NCBI GenBank assembly: GCA_034226945.1
Contig: CP120456.1
Coordinates: 496,001 to 560,000, forward strand
Origin: Picochlorum sp. SENEW3
Lineage: Eukaryota
DNA: 64,000 bases
Direction of reading: 5' to 3'
Under the pieces are notes generated by a model, which was not told the origin of the DNA, searched no databases, and was given only the letters and a program-made list of their open reading frames with translations. The position numbers and the translations under genes are program-made. Positions within the stretch are counted from its first letter, which is position 1, and each line of letters opens with the position of its first letter. Of the stretch, positions 21,623 to 34,829 are shown piece after piece.

Positions 21623-24600
21623 ATGCAAGAAGCACGCAAGGTGACGAAAAAGACTCCAGAGCAGCTCAAAATACTAGAAGAAGGCTTTTCGAGGGATAAA
21701 AATCCTGATGACGCTGCCAAGGCGGATCTGGCATCACGAACTGGCCTGACGGTGGATCAGGTTATTGTGTGGTTTTCTCACAGGAGGAGAAAGGATAAAA
21801 GGGAGCAGCAGGTGCAAGCTTTGTGGCAGATGGGTAACGAAGAAGGGTATGATGATATTGACGTTGACGAGCTTTCCGAGTCGGACAAGCAGGCATTTCA
21901 TGAAATGAAACAGATAATGGAAATAGCAAAAGGTAGGCTGGAATCGTACCGGGAGGACGGTCCTCCTCTGGGCTTGTATTTTGATGATATACCCACAATA
22001 CCAATCCATGCGGCAAAGGGCGGTACGGGTGCTGTGGAACGGGCCTGGAAAGCGAAGCAGGAGTTGAACAGGCTTGAGGCTAGCATCAGGAAAGAGCAAG
22101 AGAGATTGGTTCGTGAGAAGGAGAAAAACGATACTCGTATGGCCAAGGCACGTGAAAAAGAGCTCGTAAGATTAGAAAATGAGCGCAGGAAACAGTTGGA
22201 GCGAACGAGAAGAGAAGCAAAGAAGGAGGAAGAGAGAAGATTGAAGGAGCAGACTCGGATAATGAATCTGCAGCTGAAGGAGAAGAGGCGTCTGGAAGCT
22301 GCGAAAGAGAAGGAAATGAAGAGGTTAAAAAAGTTGCGTGAGAGAGAGGAAAAGAAAAAGGAAAAGGAAATGATCAAAGCTCTCAGCAAGCAGGAAAAAG
22401 AGGCTCTTAGAACTAGGTCAGCCCATACATCTCAGAAAGATGACCTGGACATTGAGTGGGAAGAGCTGGTTCAAAAATACAAGAGTGCAAATGATATTTC
22501 CAATGGAGTTGATTTTGCTGAAGGAGAGACCCCAGGCTTAGTACGGCCTGAGTTCCCACCAGCAGGAGTGGACATGGTGGACCTTGGTCCAAAAGGCGTT
22601 GGAGAATCGTTCCAAGGGACATTGCTTTCGTCCTGGACATTCTTGTCATCTTTCTCGGAGATTTTAGCACTTGATTGCCCATCTGTTGATCTGCTCCTCC
22701 AATCATTGATTGATGGATATGCTAGTAAAGATTTGGCTGACATTCATATTGCACTGTTGCGACTGATTCAGGTTGATGCTGAAGAAGGCAATGCAGTGGA
22801 GTACAATGCAAATGCCAAAGGTGAAGGTCATGCTGCTGGCTCCCTGTTTGTTGGTCCTCGCTTGCTGGAAGAGGCTTGGGCATGGGGATTTGATGTGGAG
22901 AGCTGGAGAGCTCACTTGAATGAAGTCACTTGGCCAGAAGTGTGCAGACAGATGTGTATATCTGCTGGATTTGGAAGGCGAAGACCAGCACGAAAAGCAA
23001 AGAAGGGTAAAGATGGGGCTGGAAAACCAGGGGAAGACTTGGTTGTTGGAGAAAATGGGAAACTTGAGCTGCAGCTTCCACCAAGGCTTTCTGAAAGCTC
23101 TGTAAAAGGCGCGTGCTGGATGGTTCTGAAAGATGCTGGATATCAAGGCCTCCGAGTGGAAGAGATAGCGAAAAGAATTCAGAAAATGGGTCTCAGGGAT
23201 CTGAGGACTAGCAGGACTCCAGAGACATCAGGTATGTTCATTCTAGTCGGCCAAGTTGTCAATGTTCATGAAATAACGTCTGTCGATTTCTTTTGATTCA
23301 GTCGCTGGTGCAATGGGAAGAGATGTTTTGTTCGAAAGAATAGCCCCTGCAACGTATGCACTCGAGTCGTTCAGATCACGATATGCAGACCTCATTGGAC
23401 AAAAGAAGGGTGGAAATGAGACTTCCAAGGATAACGAGGATCAATCAGCTGTGGATGAAGATGTGTCCATGAAAGATGCGGAGGAAGAGAACCAGGAAGA
23501 GAATCTATCTGCAGAGGCAGAAGATATTGATGAGGATGATGTTGATGAGGATGACGACGACATGGAAGAAGACCAAGACAACCTTGCTGAACAAAATACA
23601 GAATCCCGTGAAGGCGAGCCTTGGCTTGCTAAGCTCAAGGAATCGTCATACGATTCCCTGTCTTTGGATGAGAAATCTGCTTTACTCAGTACCTTGTGCC
23701 AGCTAGCTCTGGATAGCACGACAGCTCGACTTGTCATTAATGCAAGGCAAGAGGAACAGATGTGCATTAAGAGGTCAAAGATTGAAGACGATAAACTGGA
23801 GTCAAGCCTTCTGAAACATCGAAAGCAACTTGAACAAATCGTAAATGCACGCAAAAATGCTCTCAAAGCCGAGGAAGAGTTGAGGAAGATTGATCCCGCA
23901 CAAGAAAGTAATCCACAGGCTGAAGCAAGTGGTTCTGCATTTGAAAAATCCAAAGCAGAGATAGACCTTGAGGCAAAGGTTGCATTAGCCGAAAAGAAAA
24001 TTATGGGATATATTGGCCAAAAAAACAGTATTACAAACGAAATGCTGAAAGAGCGTGCTCGAAAAAGAGCAGAGGAGGCTTTGAAAGAGCTGAGCCTGAA
24101 TTCTGTGCGATTCGAGCCACTTGGATGCGATCGCCGTTACAACAGGTACTACAGATTCTGCTCAGATGAAAAAAGGGCAGTTCCTGGGAGTACGAAAGGG
24201 AGGATTTATTTTGAAAATCCGCAAACTGGTCAATTGAAAGCTATTGTATCCGAACAAGCTTTGCAGGAACTGATGCGATCACTCAACCCGAAGGGGCCGA
24301 GGGAGCGGGAACTGAAGGCATCCTTGGTAAGGATAGAGGACGATGTAATCTCAAACATGCCATCTTCTTCTTGGAATGAACTGAGCGATGTGGCTTCTAC
24401 CAGGGTTATGTTGAGTTGCGTTGACTTATGCCCTTGTGCTCATTCCATTATTGGATCTTTGGCAGGCTCTCAAGCCAAGGATGACATTGTTTTAAAAGTG
24501 CGGGAAGCAATTGATACCATTTGCAAAGCTCTCGAAGAAACACAGCTAAAATCTGATTTCAATAAGGAGGATTTCGTCTCGAAATTACAGAAGAGCGAGA

Positions 24601-25445
24601 GTCTCGGAGATATAAAGCAGTGCTTGGGTGACCTAGAGGCATCCATTTTGCCCGAGTATGTTCATAGCGGATTTCCTCTAGAGCCCTTGTTAGTAAGGGG
24701 CGCATGGATTTCCATCGGAGCTGAAGTCGCTACGGCCCTACCAGGGAGTACAATCGCTGATGTCATGTTGCCCATGTCCCCAGATCCAAAGACTGGTGCT
24801 CCTCCTAAGGCAGAAACTCAGGATGGCAGAGATGCACTTGCAAAACGAGTTCCCCTGTCATGGTTGCCTGAAACACCAGCGTCAATGGCTCTTAGAGTTT
24901 TGGCTCTTGATACTGCGCTACGATATCGACGCGATGAGTGTGGTAGAGAGACTATGACAGAGTTTCAGTTTTCCTTGCGACCATACAGATCAAGGGGATC
25001 AAAGAACGGACTTGTTGAGAGCATGTCTGTCCGGGATTATGGACGTGTTGATCCGACCCACTTTGCCAAGTTCCCTTACAGGCTTCTTTTCGGACCGCGC
25101 ATTGATTTTGAGATTTCTAAAGAAGAACTTTTATCTGATATCCAAAAAGAGAGTGATGAACCGTTGTCCAGCGTACTCTATAAGAGACAACCTATTGGCA
25201 CTGGGCGTGGACGTGGAAGAGGCAGAGGCAGAGGTTCAAGACGAGTTTCCGCAGGCAGAGGGGAAGGGATAAAGCAACAGAATACAGAGGAAAAACTGGG
25301 AGCGCATGAAGTTAAGGATGAAGCAGATGATGTTGCACCCGGGACAGCGAATGGGCAAACTCCAGAAGAAGCACAGGGGCACACTCCTCTTGACTCCTCC
25401 AACAGTTTGCGATCGCCAGCATCATCATCAGATTTTGTTGCATAA
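21623..25445 (+). CDS. RLT: Homeobox-DDT domain chromatin protein (RINGLET/RLT-like)
   Basis: Homeodomain WFSHRRRK, REDGPPLG, DDT region, WGFD..W...LNEVTWPEV, GLRDLRTSRTPE and LGCDRRYNRYY. Intron 23232-23301 joins two ORFs in frame. The 5' end is uncertain. Confidence 0.85.
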
Positions 25446-25502
25446 AGTAACTGATTCAATTTCATTCATCTATCTATACATGTTAATGAATAGACAGGTA
25501 AT

Positions 25503-27131
25503 TTACAATTTTGAACGTACAAATTGCTCAACAACTTTTATGAATTCCTGTGGCATTTCTTCATGAGGACAATGACCACAGTCCAACGTCACCATTGACG
25601 CATGTGGAAGGCACTCGACAAGCCTATGAGAATTCCCAACTGGCACCAAACCATCATCTGATCCATGAACAATCAATACCGGTACATTCCTCTTCTTGCA
25701 AGCATCTCTCAATCGCTCAGCCTGCAACATGGTATTCTCTGGGTGCAACACTCTCCGTAACTCATGCAATAGTCCATTTCTTGCTGTAATCCGAGCTGAA
25801 ACAAACCTCATAAGTCCTTCTTCCCAATTTTCTACTAAAACAGGCATCCTGTACCCATCTACGTAACGCTTCCAATCCATCGAAGCCTGTATCTTTAGCT
25901 TTCTAACTGCTTGGGACAAACCAGAGCTCCAAAATTGCCTTGGAAAGACCAAAGGATGGATTGCTACTTGAAGAATAGGACGAGCGACTCTAAAGATAAC
26001 ATTGATGAACTCCGCCAGAAGTGCCCTGAGCAATGACATGAACACTCTCAGAAAATCTCCAACCATTTTCCCCGCGTGCTTGCCTCCTTTACTGCCAACA
26101 CTACTACTGCTACTGTTCAAAGCGTCTTCTGTTTCAAACATTGAATCTATGAACAATAAAAACTCGTTGATAATACCATCTTTTCTACTCTGGCTTTTCT
26201 TCTTTGTAGCTGGTGTTGTCCACCCACATACAATTGCAGGAGCTATCAAGACAACTCCAGCGATTCTTTCATCTTCATCATGAATCAGAGCTTCTGCGAC
26301 TGCCGAGGCTCCCATAGAGTGTCCGACTAAGATCTTCTTGACAGCAGGCATCGCAGTAGCATCTCCGTTTACTTGGTCAGCAAGAAGTTGTTCGATTATA
26401 TCCAAACCAGCCTCTCCATGGAACCGCATTGAATAGTATTTGCCATCGCGAGGTCTCTGTGAAAGACCAAACCCACAAAAATCGTGTGCGGAAACCAACG
26501 CACTCAAATCCTCTGCTAATTTCTTTTGAATCATCGAGTACGAAAATGTATGCGATCCAAACCCATGGAGACAATGGAAAGCATGCCGAATGCATGCCTT
26601 TGACTTGTCCGGCAACCCTTCAACAGTGACATGCAGCTTGACTGCATCCACAGCCATCCATTTCGAATTCGTTCCCCCAAGCTCTGTCGCAGGCCTCTTC
26701 AACACCCTATACTTTTTCTCAATCTGATACGCATATGTAATGAAAAGGACGCACCCACACAGAACCGCCATGCCACATGCATAGACTGGAGAATTGGTCA
26801 TTGGCTTTGTCAGCATGTACACAGACCCACAAATTCCCAGTGCCACCATCAAACTAATCGCCTTTTCACCGTGACTCAACTCTGGTGTAAATTCGAGTGC
26901 ATCTTCCACACCTACAACTGTCGCCTCCGTGGCGCACACGTGCGCTGAAGTCCTCTGTACTGTGCCACCATCATCATGGGCCAGATGGCTGCTGCCAAGA
27001 GGGTGCCAGACTTCAGAATAGATATGCCGTAATCGATTTGGCCCAAATATCTGCAGTCCCACAAATCCACCCATCTTACGGCCAGGTATTGCAGTGCTCT
27101 GCTGTCGACTAGACACGGAAACCCTGTGCAT
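25503..27131 (-). CDS. Alpha/beta-hydrolase with N-terminal membrane segments
   Basis: Motifs LHGFGS, DFCGFGLS, GHSMG nucleophile, HGSDDGLVP, CGHCPHEE. Confidence 0.9.
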   Translation of the reverse strand: MHRVSVSSRQQSTAIPGRKMGGFVGLQIFGPNRLRHIYSEVWHPLGSSHLAHDDGGTVQRTSAHVCATEATVVGVEDALEFTPELSHGEKAISLMVALGICGSVYMLTKPMTNSPVYACGMAVLCGCVLFITYAYQIEKKYRVLKRPATELGGTNSKWMAVDAVKLHVTVEGLPDKSKACIRHAFHCLHGFGSHTFSYSMIQKKLAEDLSALVSAHDFCGFGLSQRPRDGKYYSMRFHGEAGLDIIEQLLADQVNGDATAMPAVKKILVGHSMGASAVAEALIHDEDERIAGVVLIAPAIVCGWTTPATKKKSQSRKDGIINEFLLFIDSMFETEDALNSSSSSVGSKGGKHAGKMVGDFLRVFMSLLRALLAEFINVIFRVARPILQVAIHPLVFPRQFWSSGLSQAVRKLKIQASMDWKRYVDGYRMPVLVENWEEGLMRFVSARITARNGLLHELRRVLHPENTMLQAERLRDACKKRNVPVLIVHGSDDGLVPVGNSHRLVECLPHASMVTLDCGHCPHEEMPQEFIKVVEQFVRSKL

Positions 27132-27604
27132 CCTTGCCTCCGACAAGAGTCTCTCTCTTTGGCGACGAAAGCAGCCAGTCCAGCACGCCGTTGCCTCAAT
27201 GCATTACACGAGACACATATGCATTCACACTTTATTCATTTTATTTAATTAATGGCGTCGACGAGACAGGGAGCAGGTTATAAATCCATGAGGCGCCTTT
27301 GCTGCACCAGATGAGGATCTGATCCACCCACATCATGATCATGATGCTCTTCACCATCATGACGTGATATTTGACTGGGTGTACAGTGCATACACGAATG
27401 AATCTGTCTGTATTCTTACAACAACCGCACAAAAAAAGGGATGCGCTACATACCATTGATTTATTTATCAAGATGCAACCATGTTAATTCATTCAAAAAG
27501 ACAACGTTGAAAAATGTGTGCAATGGATTCATGCACTGCTCAAATAGAGGGAAAAAAACTGCAAAAGGAGTCGACCAAGGAGCAAAAGTGTGTATGAATA
27601 GATA

Positions 27605-29077
27605 CTAGTCATGGTGTACATTGTGCAACATATGGCTGTACAAGTGGCGGTGATTTCTCCTGCGATGATTGATGTGGTGTCTCTTCTTGTAATGACTATG
27701 CCCATCCTGACCATGGCGCGATATAGCCCATGCAATCCCAGTGGCCAACACCATGCATGAGATGCTACGGGCACTCTTCGAGCGGTGAATACCACCACTC
27801 GATGGCTCCCTGTCCGGTGCTTCTTCTGACGCATTGGTTGATGACACATCGCCCTCGCTTCCCTGCCGACTCATACATTGTGGGAATTTAGGGCGTATGG
27901 AGTGACCGTACGCCTGAGGATCTGCCTCGTAGGGTTTGCATCGAGTCCGCCTCTCTTGGACAAAGGCATTCATGTGAGGAACCATATTTGAGACAAAACC
28001 GCCCATCCCATGCCGGACAGCAAATCTTGCCAAATTCTCTGGGATTCCAAAATCTTCATAATGCAGTAATGTCGTCTCGCAAGCAGGGCGGCCACTTCCT
28101 GATGGGCATGGAACAGTACGTGATCTCCACATGGAATAAAAATCATGCATTCTGACAATCCCCTGCTCATGAGGAGCAGCAGGATGCTCCACGCTCTTCG
28201 TAATACCATACATTTCACCCTCATCTCCATGAAATATGCGACGGGCAATCACGTATTCTCTATCGGATATGAATGCAAAGGGAAAAGACCGAATCCATCT
28301 AACAACCTGACATCGACTGTCAAAGCTGTGGGCTGATTCCAGCAATTCATGCTTCGATATCAACCCGTCCCATTTTGGACGTGTATCATCATCCAAATAG
28401 AAATCCATGAATTCGTTGCACGTGGCATTCTCAGCAACTGTCACACTTTTATATTCTGTTTTCCCATTTGGCCTCCGACGCCTCCATGCAATATATGTGC
28501 ACCCCTCCCATGACTTCTCAAACATCTTCTCCCATACTCCTCCATGTTCTGTATCCACAGACTCTTTAAACTGTGCCAAGTCTGACTGAGAGACATACCA
28601 TTGCAAAGGATCGGCAATATCATTCAGAGAAGACAACTGCTTGCATCCCTGCCTCTGACCAAAACACCTTCCATCCCTTGATTCCTTGCACGCCACTGTC
28701 CAGGCATCTTTGAAACTCATACCTTTGCGCAGAGATACATAGACAGCCCTGATAATGGCTCGAAATGTACCTGGTCTGCAGAACCTATACCACACCTCCC
28801 GAACCAACAACAATGCATTCCACACAATAGCAAGTCTTCCAAACCACAATCGGAACGGAACCTTTCCAGCAGAAGCACCGTATGCCTTGGGACGAGGAAG
28901 CATCCAACCCAGCAGCAACCCAACAACCCACACAAGGACGATATGACTCGTCCACTCAACCAGAGGCATCATAACAACATCATCCTTTCGCTCGTATAAT
29001 GATGAAACAGCCGACTGGAATCCACTAAATTGGCCATAAAAAGCTGCTCCGAGGACATCCTTCACGTATAGTGCCAT
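27605..29077 (-). CDS. START-domain lipid-transfer protein
   Basis: Motifs FMDFYLDDDTRPKWD, FPFAFISDREYVIARR, GIPENLARFAVRHGM. N-terminal TM segments. Confidence 0.85.
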   Translation of the reverse strand: MALYVKDVLGAAFYGQFSGFQSAVSSLYERKDDVVMMPLVEWTSHIVLVWVVGLLLGWMLPRPKAYGASAGKVPFRLWFGRLAIVWNALLLVREVWYRFCRPGTFRAIIRAVYVSLRKGMSFKDAWTVACKESRDGRCFGQRQGCKQLSSLNDIADPLQWYVSQSDLAQFKESVDTEHGGVWEKMFEKSWEGCTYIAWRRRRPNGKTEYKSVTVAENATCNEFMDFYLDDDTRPKWDGLISKHELLESAHSFDSRCQVVRWIRSFPFAFISDREYVIARRIFHGDEGEMYGITKSVEHPAAPHEQGIVRMHDFYSMWRSRTVPCPSGSGRPACETTLLHYEDFGIPENLARFAVRHGMGGFVSNMVPHMNAFVQERRTRCKPYEADPQAYGHSIRPKFPQCMSRQGSEGDVSSTNASEEAPDREPSSGGIHRSKSARSISCMVLATGIAWAISRHGQDGHSHYKKRHHINHRRRNHRHLYSHMLHNVHHD

Positions 29078-29537
29078 GCTGTTCCCGCTCGCTGTGTCGT
29101 TCGTCACGCAAATCGTTAGATCGGAAATCACACCCTCACGCTTTCCAAAGCAGACACCCTTCTCCCAATGGAATGGAATAAATTAAAATACCCAGGGAAG
29201 ATTCCTTGAGAGGGTGCTAGAACGCATACAGTCACAATGAGGTGTCGGCGTGGACACGTTGGAGACTCTCGTGAAATCGAAACAACGACAGGTTCTCGAG
29301 ACTCTCCAAAACCCACCACGAAGGAAATATACCAGCCTATGGATCAAATAATTTAAATGAAATAGTAATACAGGCATTCATGTGGTGTACGTGGACGAAT
29401 GAGTCAAATGAGTTGGGGATATGGAGCCGATATCGATTCAATCCATGATTTTGACCCTGGTCATCTCCATGTGTGGTTTGTATAGACTCATGAGCATATC
29501 AACACGAACGAATCAACCCGCAGGATTTCATCCATTT

Positions 29538-30413
29538 CTAGTGAATAGTGGATGTATAATAATAACGGTACAGCGCCACACTGACAGCCACGCCAACAGT
29601 CATCCATCCAAGAGGAGAGGAGAGCAGGGCCTTGGACACAAAGGTCATGCCTGCCCTTAGAGGATTAAGCCATCCCACTCGGAATGATGTGACAATGGTA
29701 TTATTCATGGTAAAGACAAGGCAATGCTCTTTAACAAAGAGCTCTTTCTCTTGGTCACTCATATGTTTTCCCAAATCATCCAAGGCACATTTGACTGACT
29801 CTCTCTGGGCACGGACGTAAGCGTCATCTCCAGAGGAATATTGAAACGCCTTTCTTCCATCAGTACTGTGTGGATCCAGACCCAACCCCTTGGGAATGAC
29901 TCTGGATGCCAGTATTCTTCCTCCTGAGGCAAAGGCCTGATGTTGGGTGAATGCATGAGCTGCCAACAGAATGCTCACGTCCTTGTTGCTTGAAATGTAG
30001 TCCAAGCGCTCAAGATATGCTTGAACGTAGCTCAGACTGTGTTTTTCAGCGTCACGTTTCCAGTCTGGACCAAGATAGTATTCCAAGTCTTGAGCTATGG
30101 CGTCACGCCGAAAGAGTGGGGTGCTTGCGGTTACGAATGGGACAAGACCTGCATTCATGTGACGAAATAATATATATGAAATGAGTTTGTTCATGTCAGA
30201 GGTGGGCGTACGCTGATCTGTTTCCGCTGCGTGATTGAGTTCGGATTCAATTCGTGAAAGAATCCAGTAAAAGCACGAGAGGGCTCGGGCATACAAAACC
30301 CTATCCACAAGAACTGTTACGAGTCTGGCATTGACAATTGAATCGCTCATGGAATGTTTTCTGACGGATGCAGACCGCAGCAGGTCCGTCAGTGGGGGCG
30401 ATGGTTGCGTCAT
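29538..30413 (-). CDS. Heme oxygenase-like protein with C-terminal membrane anchor
   Basis: LRSASVRKH (proximal His), LFRRDAIAQDLEYYLG, YLERL, ASGGRIL and a hydrophobic C-terminal tail. Probable in-frame 63-nt intron 30211-30149. Confidence 0.8.
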   Translation of the reverse strand: MTQPSPPLTDLLRSASVRKHSMSDSIVNARLVTVLVDRVLYARALSCFYWILSRIESELNHAAETDQRTPTSDMNKLISYILFRHMNAGLVPFVTASTPLFRRDAIAQDLEYYLGPDWKRDAEKHSLSYVQAYLERLDYISSNKDVSILLAAHAFTQHQAFASGGRILASRVIPKGLGLDPHSTDGRKAFQYSSGDDAYVRAQRESVKCALDDLGKHMSDQEKELFVKEHCLVFTMNNTIVTSFRVGWLNPLRAGMTFVSKALLSSPLGWMTVGVAVSVALYRYYYTSTIH

Positions 30414-30604
30414 GGAAAGAAATTCGTCTCCATGAGAAGCCCCAGTTGACTGTCGGACGAATTTTTATATTCTTTTACATGCAAATGGCAGATATGAAAC
30501 ATCTGCCATGTTATTGAAAGGACGTATGCGTAGATCTCTCATGCCAACATGGCCCTGCCAGGTGCTCGAGGATGTGCAAATACCTCTTGTCATGTCAATG
30601 GAGT

Positions 30605-31754
<1,150 letters not shown>

Positions 31755-32446
31755 CTTGAATACTCGATATCAAAACAAAATATGCAATTTAAATGATCGA
31801 TTTGGTATGATTTTGAGACTCATGTAATGTGTGATGCACGCGTTCATAGCATAACAATCGGCCCCTGACCACAATTTTTCTCACCCATCAAAGCAAGTAC
31901 TCGACCGGCTCCATTGAAGCGACATGAGGCCTCTCTCTGCAGGCCATATCCTCATGGACAGACTCTGCCAAACTGTGGGAATGCGTTTTGCACAATTCCA
32001 ACAAAAGTCTCAACCGCTCCACGAGAGAGGGACATTTTGGTTGAATCCTCCAGATGAGCGCGAGAATGTCATTTTGTACGTGCTGGCGATCCGTATGGAA
32101 TCTTGTACAGGAGTGATTCAAGCGTGGCCAATGTGCAGCAATGCCGTCGTACTCGAATCCTCAAAATCACGGTACGGCTCACCAAACCTTTGTAGAGTTA
32201 GAGCAGTCAAATTGAATGTATAATATATCATTCATGGACATAGAGAGCAACGCACGTCAACAGCATACATGATATCCTGCTTCTTTTGTTCTCGCTCACT
32301 GTTCTGCACTATAAAATTGAATATTCGATGGCTGACTACTCAGGAATACCAAGGGACACAGTAGAACGAAGAAAAAGTGAATCATTCACTAAGACTATAC
32401 ACATGGTTGCCTGGATCTATTGAGAAAAGTTGGTTGATTGTGACTC

Positions 32447-34509
32447 ATGAGTCAGCACAAGGAGGTTTTGCACGGCTACCGGCAAAGCAAGGCTCCTGCC
32501 AGTGCCGTTGTTATGAGAGTCTTGCTTTTCATGATACTTGTGTATCTTTGTGTTAGTTTGATGACAATGACGGCATGGTTTTCTGAGCATGGAAAGAAAA
32601 TTTGGCTTGCCCTCATGCCAAGTCAACAAATGTTGCTTGGAGAGGAAAGCACTAAACAGGGACTCGTATGCGAGGGCGAAGAAAGAAATCTTTCGGAAGT
32701 GGCCTTCAGTGGGAAAGGATTGCATGGAATAGATTTTCAGCACGAGTTTGAATTGGATCGAGAATGGGAAGTTCCCCCCTTCATCAGCAACGTGAGCCCT
32801 GAGTTCATCAAGGATGCTGCATTGCCCCGAGGTAATGGATCTGCCGTGATCATGCTTGCAATGGGCACAGAGAATCAAATCGATTTTCTAGAGAACTGGA
32901 TATTGAACGTAAAACGAGCAGGGATCGTGATGGCCGTTATTGGTGCAGGAGACAATGCAACATTCAACAAGGCAAGAGAATATGAAGTATCTGTATTTCG
33001 ATGGTCTCCAGAAGAACATGACGCTTCGGCTGGTTGGGGGACTTCTTTGTGGACTCGAAACACATGGCAAAAAGTCTTTGCGGTACAAAAGATAGTATCT
33101 TGGGGATATGATGTTATACTTTCTGACCTCGATGTGGTGTGGTGGAGGGACCCTTCCATTATATTTGACAAACATCCCCAGGCAGACATGTTCTTCTCGC
33201 ATGATGGCGTGGCTACTTCAAATACAGAAGAAGATGCAGCAGTGACTTTGCTGGAGAAGGGTGCTTCTATTCATAATTTTATCAATACAGGAATGTATAT
33301 GGCACGCTCAACGGGGGCATCTAGAGCATTTATGAGACGCTGGGCTGCACGTTATCCGCATTTTGATGGCCACGATCAAAATGGTATATATGATCTCATA
33401 AAGAGTGGACCAGAGGGAGAGAAACACCCGGAGGACCCTGCAATCCTGAGATCGGCAAATAATACATTATATCATGCTGTGCTTCCAACATATGTATTTG
33501 CCAATGGGCACTCGTACTTTGTCTCAAAGCTTCACAGTCTGCTTAATGCGGAAATTCCATTTGGAATGCATGCAACATGGACGTATGAGAACGCTGCAGG
33601 CAAAAGATCTCGTCTCAGAGAAGTTAAGGCCTGGCATGATCCTCACGAGTACTATGATGGAAAATTCATCACCATGGATCTGGAGATACCTTCAATGCCG
33701 TTGGAGCACAATGAGAAGGATAACACGGAAGATATGCTTCAATTTCATTTGATGGCCCTTGAGATGCAAATGAAGCAGGTGGCAATAGGTATGATGTTCT
33801 CTCTCATTACAGGGAGGAGCTTTATTATGCCAAATCTGCAATGTTTCTGTGAGCGTATTTGGTATTCTGTGATCAAATGTCGGTTCCCAGATTATCTCGA
33901 TATGAAGTTCCCTACTCCATGTCCGATGGACTACTACTTTCACATGGATATGCTATACAAAGGGGATCGTGGGGTTAAGATTGACTTCAGAGAACAAGGG
34001 TTCCTTGATAACCCTAATGTTTCTCCACAAATCAAGGTTGGTGTAAGCTCGTTTGCAGATATTTTATTTCCAGAGGATTGAATGTTTGACTTTATTTGTT
34101 GATGTAGACGTCCGTGGCTTCAATTTCGCTATCTAGCAAGGCTGCTAACTGTGCCATGTGCTTGGGCAAGGCACATGAGGATACAAGGACTTGCTTAGCA
34201 AGACAACAATGCATTTCAAGTGGAGAAATCCCTTCAGTGATGATGCCGGGAAATTTGACTGACGTAGAAATTCACAAATATTTGGCTCCCATGAACGATA
34301 CAAAGCTTTGGGTATTGAATCTAAAAGGTTTTACGGGCTCAACTATGACAGAAGCTTTTGGTGGATTTGAATCTCCCCAGACTGGAGTGCTAGTTCGGTC
34401 ATTCTTCACCGACCTCCTGCAAGACTGGTGTTGTCGCACGCCTGACGATGCGAAACGCATGAATAAATCGATGTCAGAACCTCTAAATATACTTCCAGGT
34501 TTTGTTTAG
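32447..34509 (+). CDS. GT77 nucleotide-diphospho-sugar transferase (XEG113-like arabinosyltransferase), 2 exons
   Basis: Type II TM anchor. Motifs VILSDLDVVW, NTGMY, HDQ, FANGHSYF, HATW, GKRSRLRE, LQCFCERIW. Intron 34037-34107. Confidence 0.85.
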
Positions 34510-34829
34510 ATCAATCAGTGAATAAATAAATGAATTCTAGTTTCATAGGGGAGTAAATTATTGCACTGCATAGATGTTTCTGCACATGTATAGAGAACCA
34601 AAGGACTTCATATCTATTGCCCATGGCACAACCTGACATTTAATGACTAAAATCATCAAGTGACATGCCAAATACATCGGAGAAGCCATGTAATTTGAGA
34701 TTGAATAGTTATTTGACTCTTGTACCTACAGTGACTACATGCATCTCGGTCATCTCTATTGGTTATGATCGCAATCTATACAATTCTGACCATTGTTATT
34801 TGAACCTGGATGAATTTTCTTTCGAAGAC

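Noticed and set aside
31760..32440. Short ORFs in the longest central intergenic region
   Set aside because: No recognisable motifs or splice structure. Treated as the divergent promoter/UTR region.
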